Source of the DNA: Polyangiaceae bacterium
GTDB lineage: Bacteria > Myxococcota_A > Polyangia > Polyangiales > Polyangiaceae
Length of the DNA: 64,000 bases
Assembly: GCA_044376115.1 (NCBI GenBank)
Contig: JBILLK010000015.1
Location: 32,001 to 96,000 of the forward strand
Reading direction: 5' to 3'
The notes under the pieces were generated by a model. It was not told where the DNA came from, did no database searches, and saw nothing but the letters and a program-made list of their open reading frames with translations. The translations under genes and the position numbers were made by a program. Position 1 is the first letter of the stretch; each line of letters opens with the position of its first letter. Shown one piece after another: positions 36,077-45,508 of the stretch.

Positions 36077-37926
36077 GCCGTTCAACCGCACTCGCTGGCT
36101 TGGCAGCGGCCATTGCGCTGGCGACCCCCCCAGGGTCCGAGGTGATGCGCGCGGTTGTGCTACTGGCGGCCGTTATCGCGGTCCTCGTTGGTCCGAGACT
36201 GGCCGCAGACCGCCTCACGGAGACGCTGGGCTCGGCGGTGGTGTTGGTAGCGGGGTTGGTGCTGGCCCAGCTCACCGCACCGCTCGAGCCGATCTCCGGC
36301 GCACTCGACAACCTGGTGGTGCTGTTCGCTTTGCCGACCTCGATGTTGGCGTCCTTCCGCGCCTTGCTTCGGCAACCGAACACGGGCGGCGTGCGACTCA
36401 CGTTGATGTCGAGTCTGTGTACGTTGGTGGCCTCGGGTCGGGTGCAACAAGGGCTCTTGTTTCCACTCGCGGCCTTCGCCTTCATCGTTTTTGCGCTGCT
36501 CGCCCTGCGTAGTGAAGACACATCTCGGGCGCCGCTCGCTCAGCTATCGCGGTTCCACGCAATCGTGTTGCTCGCCGGCTTCTCGCTTGGCATCGGCCTC
36601 GCGGTGGGAATGAGCTTCACGCTTCCCAAGCTGTACGAGGCTGTCGTTGAACGGCTATCCGCGCGTTGGAGCCGCTCCCGCGCCGGCTTCTCCGACTCGA
36701 TGGAACTCGGCTCGCTGGCTGGGCTCGAACAGTCGGAGCGCGTCGTGGTGCGCGTGCGCGGAGATGCACCGCCGCTCATCCGCGGGATGACGTGGGACAA
36801 CTACAACGGCAGACGATGGGAAGCCGAAGCGGGGAATGAACCGCGAGAGGTCGTAGAGACGCCGGTCCAAAAGCTTACCGCCGACGTCGAGCTGGAGTTC
36901 TCCTCGCCGCCCGACCGCTACTTCGTACCGCTTGGGGCTGCCGATATCACGACCACCACAGGCGTCCTCGAACGTGACGTCTATGGCAACCTGTGGGTGT
37001 CCCCGGGTTTCTTCAGCAAACGGCTGTGGTTCGACAAGGGCAACATCGCCCCACCAAGAGCCCCCAGCGCAGTCGACCTGGCCGTGCCGAACTACCTCCA
37101 GCCAACACTGGACAGCGTGTTGCGCAGTTGGGGCATCTCGCGATCGGACCCGCCAAGCAAGCGCGTCGAGATGATTCAGAGTCGGCTACTCAGCGACTAC
37201 GTCTATTCGACAGACTTCGAGCGGAACGCGAATCGTGAGCCCATCATCGATTTTCTACTCCGCAACAAACAGGGCCACTGCGAGTACTTCGCTTCCGCCT
37301 TCACGCTCCTGGCCAGGAGAGCCGAGGTCCCTGCGCGCCTCGTAGGCGGCTACCGGGTCGTTGAGCAGTCTCCGTTTGGTTACGCCATCGTACGTGAGCG
37401 CCATGCACACGCTTGGTCCGAGATCTGGCTGAGCGAACGATGGCAGACGATGGACCCAACGCCGATGGATACCTCGGCTGCAGCGCAGCCTACCGAGCAA
37501 ACCAGGTGGTTCCCGGCGCTACTGGACGGAGTCCGTACGACCTGGGAGATCGCTGACGATTGGCTCGCCCAACGAACGGGCTTCGAGATGGCGATGGCGC
37601 TCGTCGTCCTAGGCTTCGGCTGGTTGCTGCTCCGACTGGTGCGCGGAAAGAAAAAGCAGAGGCTTCTCGCCGAGGACAAGACGTTGCCAGAGCTTGTCAA
37701 ACTGCTGAAGGAGCTGCGAAACCACGGCATCACGTTGGGAGTCGGAGACACGTTTGCAGTCATTCGCGCCAAGCTGGATCAAAGCGCTCTAACGCCGCAG
37801 CAATGCGCCAATCTCAAAAGTGCGCTGAACGACTACGAGGGCTTCACCTACGGCGGGCTTGGTGATGCGACGGCCATTCGCGCGCGCCTAGCGTCGCTAG
37901 GAAGCCAACTCCGCGAGAGCCGTTGA
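36070..37926 (+). CDS. Membrane transglutaminase-like protein (TgpA/DUF3488 type)
   Basis: Multi-TM N-terminus; GHCEYFASA, PARLVGGY, HAHAWSE, W.TMDPTP (Cys-His-Asp triad). Confidence 0.9.
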   Translation: MLSRSTALAGLAAAIALATPPGSEVMRAVVLLAAVIAVLVGPRLAADRLTETLGSAVVLVAGLVLAQLTAPLEPISGALDNLVVLFALPTSMLASFRALLRQPNTGGVRLTLMSSLCTLVASGRVQQGLLFPLAAFAFIVFALLALRSEDTSRAPLAQLSRFHAIVLLAGFSLGIGLAVGMSFTLPKLYEAVVERLSARWSRSRAGFSDSMELGSLAGLEQSERVVVRVRGDAPPLIRGMTWDNYNGRRWEAEAGNEPREVVETPVQKLTADVELEFSSPPDRYFVPLGAADITTTTGVLERDVYGNLWVSPGFFSKRLWFDKGNIAPPRAPSAVDLAVPNYLQPTLDSVLRSWGISRSDPPSKRVEMIQSRLLSDYVYSTDFERNANREPIIDFLLRNKQGHCEYFASAFTLLARRAEVPARLVGGYRVVEQSPFGYAIVRERHAHAWSEIWLSERWQTMDPTPMDTSAAAQPTEQTRWFPALLDGVRTTWEIADDWLAQRTGFEMAMALVVLGFGWLLLRLVRGKKKQRLLAEDKTLPELVKLLKELRNHGITLGVGDTFAVIRAKLDQSALTPQQCANLKSALNDYEGFTYGGLGDATAIRARLASLGSQLRESR

Positions 37927-37935
37927 CGGCGTCGT

Positions 37936-40290
37936 TCACGGCGACGTCGGTTTGAAGGACGCCAACCAAAGGCTCGAGGCCATCACGCTGATGGAACTGG
38001 CCGCCATGGCCAATGCGGCAATCGCTGGCGATAGCGCTACACCGAAGGAGCGATAAAAGACGCCTGCAGCGAGCGGAATCGCCGCACAGTTGTAGGCCAG
38101 CGAAAGCGCGAGATTGCGACGCATCGTTCGACGAGCCGCTTGAGCCAACGCGAAGACGTCGCACAACGCTTTGAGGTCGTTCGAGAGCAGCGCGATGTCG
38201 GCGGCATCGAGCGCCACATCTGCGCCCGCCCCCATGGCGATCCCAAGGTCTGCGCGTGCGAGCGCCGCTGCGTCGTTCACGCCATCCCCGACCATCGCCA
38301 CCCTACCTTCGGTGAACGATGCGACGAAGGCCACTTTGGCCTCGGGCGAGGCCGCTGCCACGAAGCGTTCAATGCCGACCTCTTCAGCCACCCGCTTCAC
38401 CGCCGCCTCGTTGTCACCGGAGAGGAGCACGACCTCCAGGCCTTCTCGACGGAGCGAGGCAACCGCCGCGCGACTCGTGGGTTTCACCGGGTCGACTACG
38501 CCAAAAACGGCGACCAGCTCCTGGTCGCGCGCGACGTAGACCTTGGTCTCACCGCGCTTGTTCATCGCCTCGAGCGCGTCGTTTTGCGGCGCGCACGCGA
38601 CCCCTTCGGCCTCAAGAAATGCGGCGCTCCCGACATGAACACGCAAGCCGTCGACCTGCGCACTCGCGCCCAACCCGGGCATCGCAACGAAGCCTTGAGC
38701 GGGACTGACGCTCCCTTTCGCTGCTGCCGCGATTGCTCCGGCCAACGGATGTTCGCTGCTGCTTTCGACAGCAGCGGCGAGCAACAACACCGCGTTCACC
38801 CGCGGGTCTTCGAGCGCGAGTTCACTCAAGGTGCCATCAAGCTTGAGGACCGCAGAAACGACAGCGGGTTTGCCCAACGTGATGGTCCCCGTTTTGTCGA
38901 GGATGACGGTCCGAACAAGGGCGGCTCGTTCCAGCGATTCGCCGCCCTTCCACAAGATGCCAAGTTCTGCTGCGCGGCCGGTGGCCACCATGACCGCCGT
39001 TGGGATCGCCAAGCCAATCGCACACGGGCAGGCGATCACTACCACTGCGAGTCCCATGTTGAAGGCCTGGGCCGGCGCTGTAGGCTCGATCAAAAGCCAC
39101 GCGGCGATCGTCAATAACGAGAGGGCTAGCAGCACGGGGACGAACACCCGCGTGGCTGCGTCGGCCATGCGTTGAATGGGCGCGCGCGATACGCCAGCGC
39201 TTCGAATCAGCCGAACGATGCTCGAAAGGCGACTGGCCGCGACCCCAGCCGTCACCCGCACGGTAAGTGAACCGCCGCCATTCATCGTCCCGGCGAAGAC
39301 GCGTTCGCCCGCCGACTTGAGCACCGGGATTGGCTCGCCGGTGAACATGGCTTCATCAACGGCACTGCTCCCTTGCTCGACGACTCCGTCGGCGACGACG
39401 CGAGAAAATGCCTTCACGAGCACAAGGTCGCCCACCACCAAGTCGACGGCCTTGAGCGTGCGGCCGCTCACGAGCGTCGCCTCGTCTGGCACCAAGCGGG
39501 TTAGCTCGTGGAGCGCTCCCAACGTCTTGGCGCGCGCGCGCGCCTCGACGGCCTTTCCTGCAAGCACGAGCGCAACGATGAAGATCGCTGTTTCCCAATA
39601 GGAGGTCGCTTGGCCGTGGCCTTGTGAAAGCACGAGCGAAAGCAAGGAGGCCGCGATAGCAGCCCCAGCCCCGAGCGCGACCAGGGTGTTCATGTCGCTG
39701 CGTCGGTGCAGCAGACCGCGCCAAGCCTTGCGAAAAAAATCGCCGCCGATTCCCCCAACCACCACGGCAGCAATCGCGGCAAGAGCCAGCTCGAGAGCGC
39801 TGCGCGGTAGCGTGAATAGCCAGGGCATGACGCTCCGCATGGGGCCATCGGTCACTGCCATGAACCAACGCTCGAACGGATCGCTCGAATGGTGCCCGCC
39901 CATCAGCGGCATCGACAGCACCATCGCCAACAGCGCCAAACCAAGCGCCGCTGTCGCCTTCACCGTGGCCCTGCGCGAATCGGCTTTTTCATCCTTGTCG
40001 AGGGTGAGCTGCTCCTCGAGCGGGGAAACGTCCTTCTGCTTTTCGCGGGCTTCGTAGCCGCTGTCCACCACCACGCTAACCAATTGGTCCGCGTTGGTTT
40101 GTGCGGCGTCAAACCGCACGACGGCCTCTCGCGTGAGCAGGTTGACCGATGCCGAGGCGACGCCGGGCGCTTCGCGGAGCGCGTCCTCCACGCTAGTTTT
40201 ACAAGCGCCGCAGGTCATTCCGTCCACCGCAAGGTGAAGGCTCTCGAGCCGCTCGGGCTGCAGAGGGCTTGCGGCGGCTGAGCTGGTCAT
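37936..40290 (-). CDS. copA: Cu(I)-translocating P1B-type ATPase
   Basis: HMA GMTCGAC; TGE; CPC; DKTGT; SEHPL; GDGVND; YN and MxxSS Cu+ ligands. Confidence 0.95.
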   Translation of the reverse strand: MTSSAAASPLQPERLESLHLAVDGMTCGACKTSVEDALREAPGVASASVNLLTREAVVRFDAAQTNADQLVSVVVDSGYEAREKQKDVSPLEEQLTLDKDEKADSRRATVKATAALGLALLAMVLSMPLMGGHHSSDPFERWFMAVTDGPMRSVMPWLFTLPRSALELALAAIAAVVVGGIGGDFFRKAWRGLLHRRSDMNTLVALGAGAAIAASLLSLVLSQGHGQATSYWETAIFIVALVLAGKAVEARARAKTLGALHELTRLVPDEATLVSGRTLKAVDLVVGDLVLVKAFSRVVADGVVEQGSSAVDEAMFTGEPIPVLKSAGERVFAGTMNGGGSLTVRVTAGVAASRLSSIVRLIRSAGVSRAPIQRMADAATRVFVPVLLALSLLTIAAWLLIEPTAPAQAFNMGLAVVVIACPCAIGLAIPTAVMVATGRAAELGILWKGGESLERAALVRTVILDKTGTITLGKPAVVSAVLKLDGTLSELALEDPRVNAVLLLAAAVESSSEHPLAGAIAAAAKGSVSPAQGFVAMPGLGASAQVDGLRVHVGSAAFLEAEGVACAPQNDALEAMNKRGETKVYVARDQELVAVFGVVDPVKPTSRAAVASLRREGLEVVLLSGDNEAAVKRVAEEVGIERFVAAASPEAKVAFVASFTEGRVAMVGDGVNDAAALARADLGIAMGAGADVALDAADIALLSNDLKALCDVFALAQAARRTMRRNLALSLAYNCAAIPLAAGVFYRSFGVALSPAIAALAMAASSISVMASSLWLASFKPTSP

Positions 40291-40490
40291 GACTCGACGA
40301 GCGCGCCGTACTTGGCCTTCTGCAGCACAGCGACCGCCGCCTGGAGAGCCGACTCATCCTTGGCGTCCAGGCTCACGCGGCCGAGCTCGACCTCGACAGC
40401 TGCAAGGTCAGGAAGCTTTGCTAGGAGCTTTTCCACCCGCGTTTTGCAGCCATCGCACACCATGCCCGTCACCTGGATGTTTGCCTTCAC
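40287..40490 (-). CDS. copZ: Copper chaperone (single HMA domain)
   Basis: GTG 40490 with GAGGAG RBS; VTGMVCDGC; ATGA overlap with copA. Confidence 0.88.
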   Translation of the reverse strand: MKANIQVTGMVCDGCKTRVEKLLAKLPDLAAVEVELGRVSLDAKDESALQAAVAVLQKAKYGALVES

Positions 40491-40547
40491 GTTTCGACTC
40501 CTCGTCCACGATCTTTTGAATGACTCGTGGAATGGGTCTACCCCTCC

Positions 40548-40563
40548 TGCAGGTGGAGTGCCA
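40548..40563 (-). promoter_or_regulatory. Candidate sigma54 (-24/-12) promoter of copZ-copA
   Basis: Minus strand TGGCACTCCACCTGCA = GG-N10-GC, 57 nt upstream of the copZ start. Confidence 0.6.
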
Positions 40564-40575
40564 TAGAACGAGCGT

Positions 40576-41484
40576 ATGAGCGTGGTGTCTCGCGTTGTGT
40601 CCTCTGTGCCTGGCAACACCCAAAGGCTCGACGGTGGAGCCATGTTCGGCAATGCACCCAAGCCCTTGTGGGAGAGGTGGATCAGCTCAGATAGTCGCAA
40701 CCGCATCCCGCTCGCATGTCGAGCGATGCTAATTGAGGAAGAGCGCATTTCACCCCAACCGGGTGCAAAACCGTCGCGTCGACGCATTCTTTGCGAAGCT
40801 GGGATCGGCGTCTTTTTTGACCCAAAGCTGCGAGACAGGTTCGGCGTTGAGGAGTCCAATCACGTCCTTGTGGAGAACTTGGCGGGACTCGGACTCGAGC
40901 CCAACGACATCGATGTCGTCGTACTTTCGCACCTCCACTTTGACCACGCCGGCGGCTTGCTGAGCGCCTGGGCCGCCGACGGCCTGCCGAAGCTGGTGTT
41001 CGAACGAGCGCAGTACGTCGTGGGCCGAGGAGCGTGGGAACGAGCCTGCAAACCGCACGCGCGGGACAAGGCCAGCTTCATTCCTGAACTCAATCAGCTC
41101 CTCGAGCTTTCCGGCCGTCTCGAGGTCGTCGACGGGCCTGTCTCCTCGACCCTAGGGCCAGACTTCAAGTTTCACTTGAGCGAGGGACATACCCCAGGGC
41201 TACTTCTGCTCGAGACCCCGAGTGACCAGGGTCCGATCGTCTTTGCGGGGGACTTGGTCCCGGGCCGGCCGTGGATGCACTTGCCGATCACCATGGGCTA
41301 CGATCGCTTCCCCGAGCGTTTGATCGAGGAGAAAGAGGAGCTGCTTTCGTCGCTCGCCGCGCGCGATGGACGGCTGTTCTTTACCCACGATCCGAACGTT
41401 GCGATGGCGCGCGTAACCCGAGATGACAAAGGCCGGTTCGGCCCCGGCGAAGAATGGGCCGCTCCCGCGCGCCTTCCGATCTAG
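40576..41484 (+). CDS. MBL-fold metallo-hydrolase (YtnP-like)
   Basis: [41 protein letters not shown]. Confidence 0.9.
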   Translation: MSVVSRVVSSVPGNTQRLDGGAMFGNAPKPLWERWISSDSRNRIPLACRAMLIEEERISPQPGAKPSRRRILCEAGIGVFFDPKLRDRFGVEESNHVLVENLAGLGLEPNDIDVVVLSHLHFDHAGGLLSAWAADGLPKLVFERAQYVVGRGAWERACKPHARDKASFIPELNQLLELSGRLEVVDGPVSSTLGPDFKFHLSEGHTPGLLLLETPSDQGPIVFAGDLVPGRPWMHLPITMGYDRFPERLIEEKEELLSSLAARDGRLFFTHDPNVAMARVTRDDKGRFGPGEEWAAPARLPI

Positions 41485-41489
41485 TTCCG

Positions 41490-41813
41490 CTACATTCTCG
41501 GCGCGGCGGTGGGCTTCGACGTCGGCGCAGCGGTGGGCTTCGACGTCGGCGCAGCGGGCTTCGCTGTCGGCGCAGCGGTGGGCTTCGCCGTCGGCGCTGC
41601 AGAAGCGGCAGCCGTCGGTGCAACGGAAGCAACGCTGGTTGGGGCCGCAGTAGCCTGCGGGCTGCTCGAGGCGGCGTCGAACAGATCCATTAGCGAGTTG
41701 TCTTCCTGCGGTGGATTGAGGGGACGCCCGGGCGCCGCCGGGGGTGCGTCCGAACTCCCACAAGCAGCAAGAACCCCGAATGCGACGCTGAACCAGCGAG
41801 AAAACGTGGACAT
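41490..41813 (-). CDS. Small Pro/Ala/Thr-rich lipoprotein
   Basis: Lipobox LAAC; C-terminal (AAPT[AS]KPT)n repeats. Confidence 0.65.
   Translation of the reverse strand: MSTFSRWFSVAFGVLAACGSSDAPPAAPGRPLNPPQEDNSLMDLFDAASSSPQATAAPTSVASVAPTAAASAAPTAKPTAAPTAKPAAPTSKPTAAPTSKPTAAPRM
41498..41597. repeat. Coding tandem repeat, ~4 units of 24 bp (one 21 bp)
   Basis: Unit TCGGCGCAGCGGTGGGCTTCGACG repeated head-to-tail with no spacers. Confidence 0.85.
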
Positions 41814-41999
41814 GGGGCGAAGCTACACCGGAGCTGTGGCCTCACCAATGCTGATTTCGGCTTTGCACTCCAGCTTTGGAGCTGGCCGCACAGGACCAGG
41901 CGAGGCGATTCGGCAGAGCTCGCACGGCAGTTCGCCACACAGGCTTCGAACTCGACGGGTTCCTTGGCTGTCGTGTTCGCTGCGTGGTGTAATCGTGCC

Positions 42000-43226
42000 G
42001 TGATCCCCCGTCGCTGGATTCCCGCGCTTCTTCTTACATCCCTCGCCCTCACGGGTTGTCACGCAACCGTCGCCCACAAGCCGACAGAGCCCGCCACCGA
42101 CCTACCGGAGGGTTCCTGGAGTGGCAGCACCTCGGGCTCGACGGGAACGACAGCAACCGGCACTCCGTCAGGCCCTCCCGTGGTCAACTACCCTGGGTTC
42201 GAGGTGCTGCGTGACGGTAGCTCGGTGGTGTCGCTCCAAGTGCGCGGCCCCGTGCAGGTGGCTGAACAACGCGTGGAAGGTCGCATCGTCTACTCGCTCA
42301 GCGGAGTGGCTGTACCCGAGCGGGTCAATCGGCTTCCGCTGGTGACGCAGTATTTCGCGACGCAGGTCACTTCGGTCACCGTGGAGCAAACCACTGGTGG
42401 AGCGAACCTCGTGCTCGAACTGCGAGAACCGGCGACCTCGACGTTCGCCCTCAAGCAGAACGAGGCGGGCACATTGTTGACCATCGTCGTACCGCGCTCC
42501 GAAAAGTACGGAGTGCGTAAAACCGATGAGCCGACCAAGCCTACGGGCGATCCGGAGCGACCCAACTTCGACGATCCCGATCAGGAGGTCGCCGCTCGGC
42601 CGGAATCATCAACGGACGAGACAGGGATCTCGGAACAACAAAGGGAGCGGAGCAAGAAGCGTCGCTCGTGGCGCAAAAGCTACCCTAGACGAGTGTTTGG
42701 ACTGGGCGTGGGGATCAGCGGCGGCGTGATGGCCTTGCTTGACGACGGAATACCCAGCGCATCCTATTTCGATGGCTCGAACGACTTCCTACCGCTGTTC
42801 TCTCCCTTCACCTTGGAGGGGCAGATCTTCCTCGACGACGACGACTACTCGTTCGACCTGAGCATCCCGATAACCAACACCATCCTGTTGGCCGCCTTCG
42901 GGATCGGCGCCTATTGGCAGTCTGACGTCTTCTTCAACTTTGGGCCGGGAGAGCAGAACATTCGAATGGTCCTCGGCCCAGGCCTCGGCTTTGGCGTCTA
43001 CGACGTCGATGACGACCTGAGCAGCTCGCAAACGTTCGGCTCCGTACGCCTACTTGCCGAAATTGGACTTGAGGCGTTGAACAACCATCAGACCTTCAGC
43101 TTCAAGCTGCTGGCCCGACCATTTGTGGAACTGTTTTTTTCCGACGCGGGGTACGCGGGAACTGGAGCGGGCGGAGTCGGCTTGATCAGCTTCTCGGGGA
43201 ACTCTGTCGAGAAACGACGCCGCTAA
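42000..43226 (+). CDS. Lipoprotein with AMIN-like N-terminal domain and beta-barrel-like C-terminal domain
   Basis: Lipobox LTGC; beta-rich domain (NRLPLVTQYFATQV...LVLELRE); charged linker; Gly/aromatic-rich strands. Confidence 0.6.
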   Translation: MIPRRWIPALLLTSLALTGCHATVAHKPTEPATDLPEGSWSGSTSGSTGTTATGTPSGPPVVNYPGFEVLRDGSSVVSLQVRGPVQVAEQRVEGRIVYSLSGVAVPERVNRLPLVTQYFATQVTSVTVEQTTGGANLVLELREPATSTFALKQNEAGTLLTIVVPRSEKYGVRKTDEPTKPTGDPERPNFDDPDQEVAARPESSTDETGISEQQRERSKKRRSWRKSYPRRVFGLGVGISGGVMALLDDGIPSASYFDGSNDFLPLFSPFTLEGQIFLDDDDYSFDLSIPITNTILLAAFGIGAYWQSDVFFNFGPGEQNIRMVLGPGLGFGVYDVDDDLSSSQTFGSVRLLAEIGLEALNNHQTFSFKLLARPFVELFFSDAGYAGTGAGGVGLISFSGNSVEKRRR

Positions 43227-43254
43227 CGACGCTGGGGCCCTTGAAGCACTAGGG

Positions 43255-43310
43255 CAAAAAAAGAACTCGGAGTTGAGGCGCCTTTGACGGCCAGCCTGCA
43301 ACTCCGAGTT
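43255..43310 (-). terminator. Intrinsic terminator of the HU gene
   Basis: AACTCGGAGTTG (43264-43275) / CAACTCCGAGTT (43299-43310) inverted repeat; A-run on + gives a U-tract after the hairpin on the - strand. Confidence 0.75.
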
Positions 43311-43340
43311 TCCGCCGGAGGCGGATGTCGTAGGAAAAGT

Positions 43341-43655
43341 TCAGCCTGCGACGAGGTCCTTCAGACCCTTCATCGCCGTTGCCTTCACCTTGCGTGACGC
43401 AGGCTTGGCTTTCACGGTCTGCATCTCTTTGGTGAACGGATTTTGCTTCTGAGTCTCAGGCGTCGCAGCAGCGATCTTGACCTTGAGCTTCAGCAGATTG
43501 AGCACCGCAACCTCGCCCGGCCCGTTCGCCCCGAGCTGATCCTTGATGAGGGCGGTGAGTGCGTCGAAGACCGCGTTCACTTGCCGCTTATCAAGGCCGG
43601 ACTTTTCGGCCACCGCCGCAATGAATTGGGGCTTCGTCAATTTCGCACCGGCCAT
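43341..43655 (-). CDS. hup: HU/IHF-family DNA-binding protein
   Basis: LTKPQFIAAVAEKSGL...NPFTKE...KAKPAS.KVK....K.LKD; AAGGAGG RBS before ATG 43655. Confidence 0.9.
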   Translation of the reverse strand: MAGAKLTKPQFIAAVAEKSGLDKRQVNAVFDALTALIKDQLGANGPGEVAVLNLLKLKVKIAAATPETQKQNPFTKEMQTVKAKPASRKVKATAMKGLKDLVAG

Positions 43656-43907
43656 CAGATCCTCCTTGAAGAAATAGCGTGGGGCGGGGAGCACCCGCCC
43701 AATTCGAGGGCGATGCCTAACAACCGGGCCGTCAAGCCGCAAGCAACTTTGCGAAAAAGCGCTATTTAAGGGAGTTAGCTAGACATACGTTCGGGATCAT
43801 GACTAGCTCATGCGAGCGAGCGTCGAGAAAGCGCACTTCACTCAATGTGTTCTCCAAACGGTATGCTTCGAGGGCCGCGCCTCCGCGGCCATCACCCGAG
43901 CAGCACC

Positions 43908-45434
43908 ATGAGAACGAGCTTCCTTACCTCCCGCACTCTTGTCTCCCTCTTGATGATGCTAGGCGCCTGCGCCAAGGGCGATGCGCTTACGGGTGGAGGT
44001 GACACGGGAGGAAACGGCGGGAGCTCACAGGGGGGCGCAAGTAGTAGCGGAGCAGGCAACGCCGTTGGCGGAGAGACCAGCACAGGCGGGCAGCCCAGCG
44101 GCGGAATGGGTACGGGAGGCGCGGGAAACGGCGGGAACGGTGGCAGCGGCGGCGCCGAAAACAAGTGCGGCAACGGCATGCTCAACGCAGGGGAAGCCTG
44201 TGATGGCGAGCTGCTTGGTGAGCAGGATTGCGTTTCGATCGCGCAAGGTTTCACAGGTGGCACCTTGGCCTGCGCAGCCGATTGCTCCTTTGACACGAGC
44301 GCCTGTACCTCCCCGCCCAACTGCGGCAATGGCTCGCTCAACGCAGGGGAAGAATGCGACGGAAACCTGCTCGGCGGCGCAACCTGCAGCGCAGCCGGCT
44401 TCAACGCCGGCACCGTCTCCTGCACCGCTGGCTGCACGCTCGATACGTCGCAATGCTACAGCTGCGGCAACGGGACGCTCGAGGCGGCGGAGGTTTGCGA
44501 TGGAGCCAATCTCAACGGGAATACCTGCGCAATTCTAGGTCACGACGCCGGAACACTGACGTGTTCCGCCAACTGCCAGAGCTTCAATGAAGCGGCTTGT
44601 ACGGATTGCGGTGATGGCTTGGTCGAGGCAGGCGAGGCCTGCGACGGCAATAACCTCGCTGGGCAGACCTGCGTAACGCAGGGCTTCAATGGAGGCTCCC
44701 TTTCGTGCAACTCGGAGTGCCAGCTCAACCTCCAGGCATGCACCGGGCAAACCTGCGGCAATAGCGCGATTGAAGGCACGGAGATCTGCGACGGCTCTAC
44801 GCTGGCAGGGCAGACCTGCGTTACGCAGGGGTTCGCAGGTGGGACCTTGGCCTGCAACGCCAACTGCAACGGCTACATCACCTCGAGCTGCGTCGGCTCG
44901 CAATGTCAGAACGGTAGTGACGATGACATGGATGGCTTCGTCGACCTGAGCGATCCTGGCTGCAGCAACGCAGCTGACAACGATGAAGAGTTGTTCCTGC
45001 AGAATTGCGCGGGCGTTGGTGGGCCGATCTACGATGTCACCTTCGCCAACACCAACCTGGATGTGGTCGTCACGGGCAGCACCGTGGGCGCGCCCAACGC
45101 CTACTCTCCGACTGACTTTTTCGACGATTGTTCGACCGCAACCGGGGGCGAGCTGGTGCTGATGTACCGCGTGCTCTCGACGATGAGCGCCATCACCTTC
45201 TCCACCATGAACCCTGGAACCAACTTCGACACGGTGCTCTATGTGCGCGGTGGAAACTGCGGTCCCGCCGCCTCTGAGGTCTGCAACGACGACGGCTTCC
45301 TGACCACCCGTTCGGAGTTCACCCTCGTGAACGTAACCCCCGGCGACTACTACATCATCGTTGACGGCTGGGCTGGCCAAGCCGGAAATGTCGAACTCAC
45401 GATCGACATCCCCAACGCGTTTGGGCTCAACTGA
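43908..45434 (+). CDS. Cys-rich repeat surface lipoprotein with C-terminal PPC-like beta-sandwich
   Basis: Lipobox LGAC; Gly linker; five CG(N/D)x...E.CDG..L...C...G...G...C...C repeats; DDDMDGFVD; FDTVLYVR...CNDD...PGDYYIIVDG. Confidence 0.85.
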   Translation: MRTSFLTSRTLVSLLMMLGACAKGDALTGGGDTGGNGGSSQGGASSSGAGNAVGGETSTGGQPSGGMGTGGAGNGGNGGSGGAENKCGNGMLNAGEACDGELLGEQDCVSIAQGFTGGTLACAADCSFDTSACTSPPNCGNGSLNAGEECDGNLLGGATCSAAGFNAGTVSCTAGCTLDTSQCYSCGNGTLEAAEVCDGANLNGNTCAILGHDAGTLTCSANCQSFNEAACTDCGDGLVEAGEACDGNNLAGQTCVTQGFNGGSLSCNSECQLNLQACTGQTCGNSAIEGTEICDGSTLAGQTCVTQGFAGGTLACNANCNGYITSSCVGSQCQNGSDDDMDGFVDLSDPGCSNAADNDEELFLQNCAGVGGPIYDVTFANTNLDVVVTGSTVGAPNAYSPTDFFDDCSTATGGELVLMYRVLSTMSAITFSTMNPGTNFDTVLYVRGGNCGPAASEVCNDDGFLTTRSEFTLVNVTPGDYYIIVDGWAGQAGNVELTIDIPNAFGLN

Positions 45435-45508
45435 CGCTCCGCGTCTGAGTCAGCATCTCGCGCTCGCTCCCCGTTGAACGCCACACCGAGCTGCCGTACG
45501 CAGCGGAG

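Noticed and set aside
38140..39117. Long antisense ORFs (e.g. opposite copA, hflX, tldE)
   Set aside because: Shadow ORFs expected in high-GC coding DNA; no recognisable motifs.
41498..41597. Direct repeats resembling a CRISPR array
   Set aside because: Head-to-tail codon-multiple units with no unique spacers, inside an ORF; no cas genes.
43908..45434. Cys-rich CGNG repeats as a novel repeat family
   Set aside because: Resemble the common myxobacterial cysteine-rich surface repeats; listed as a feature only.
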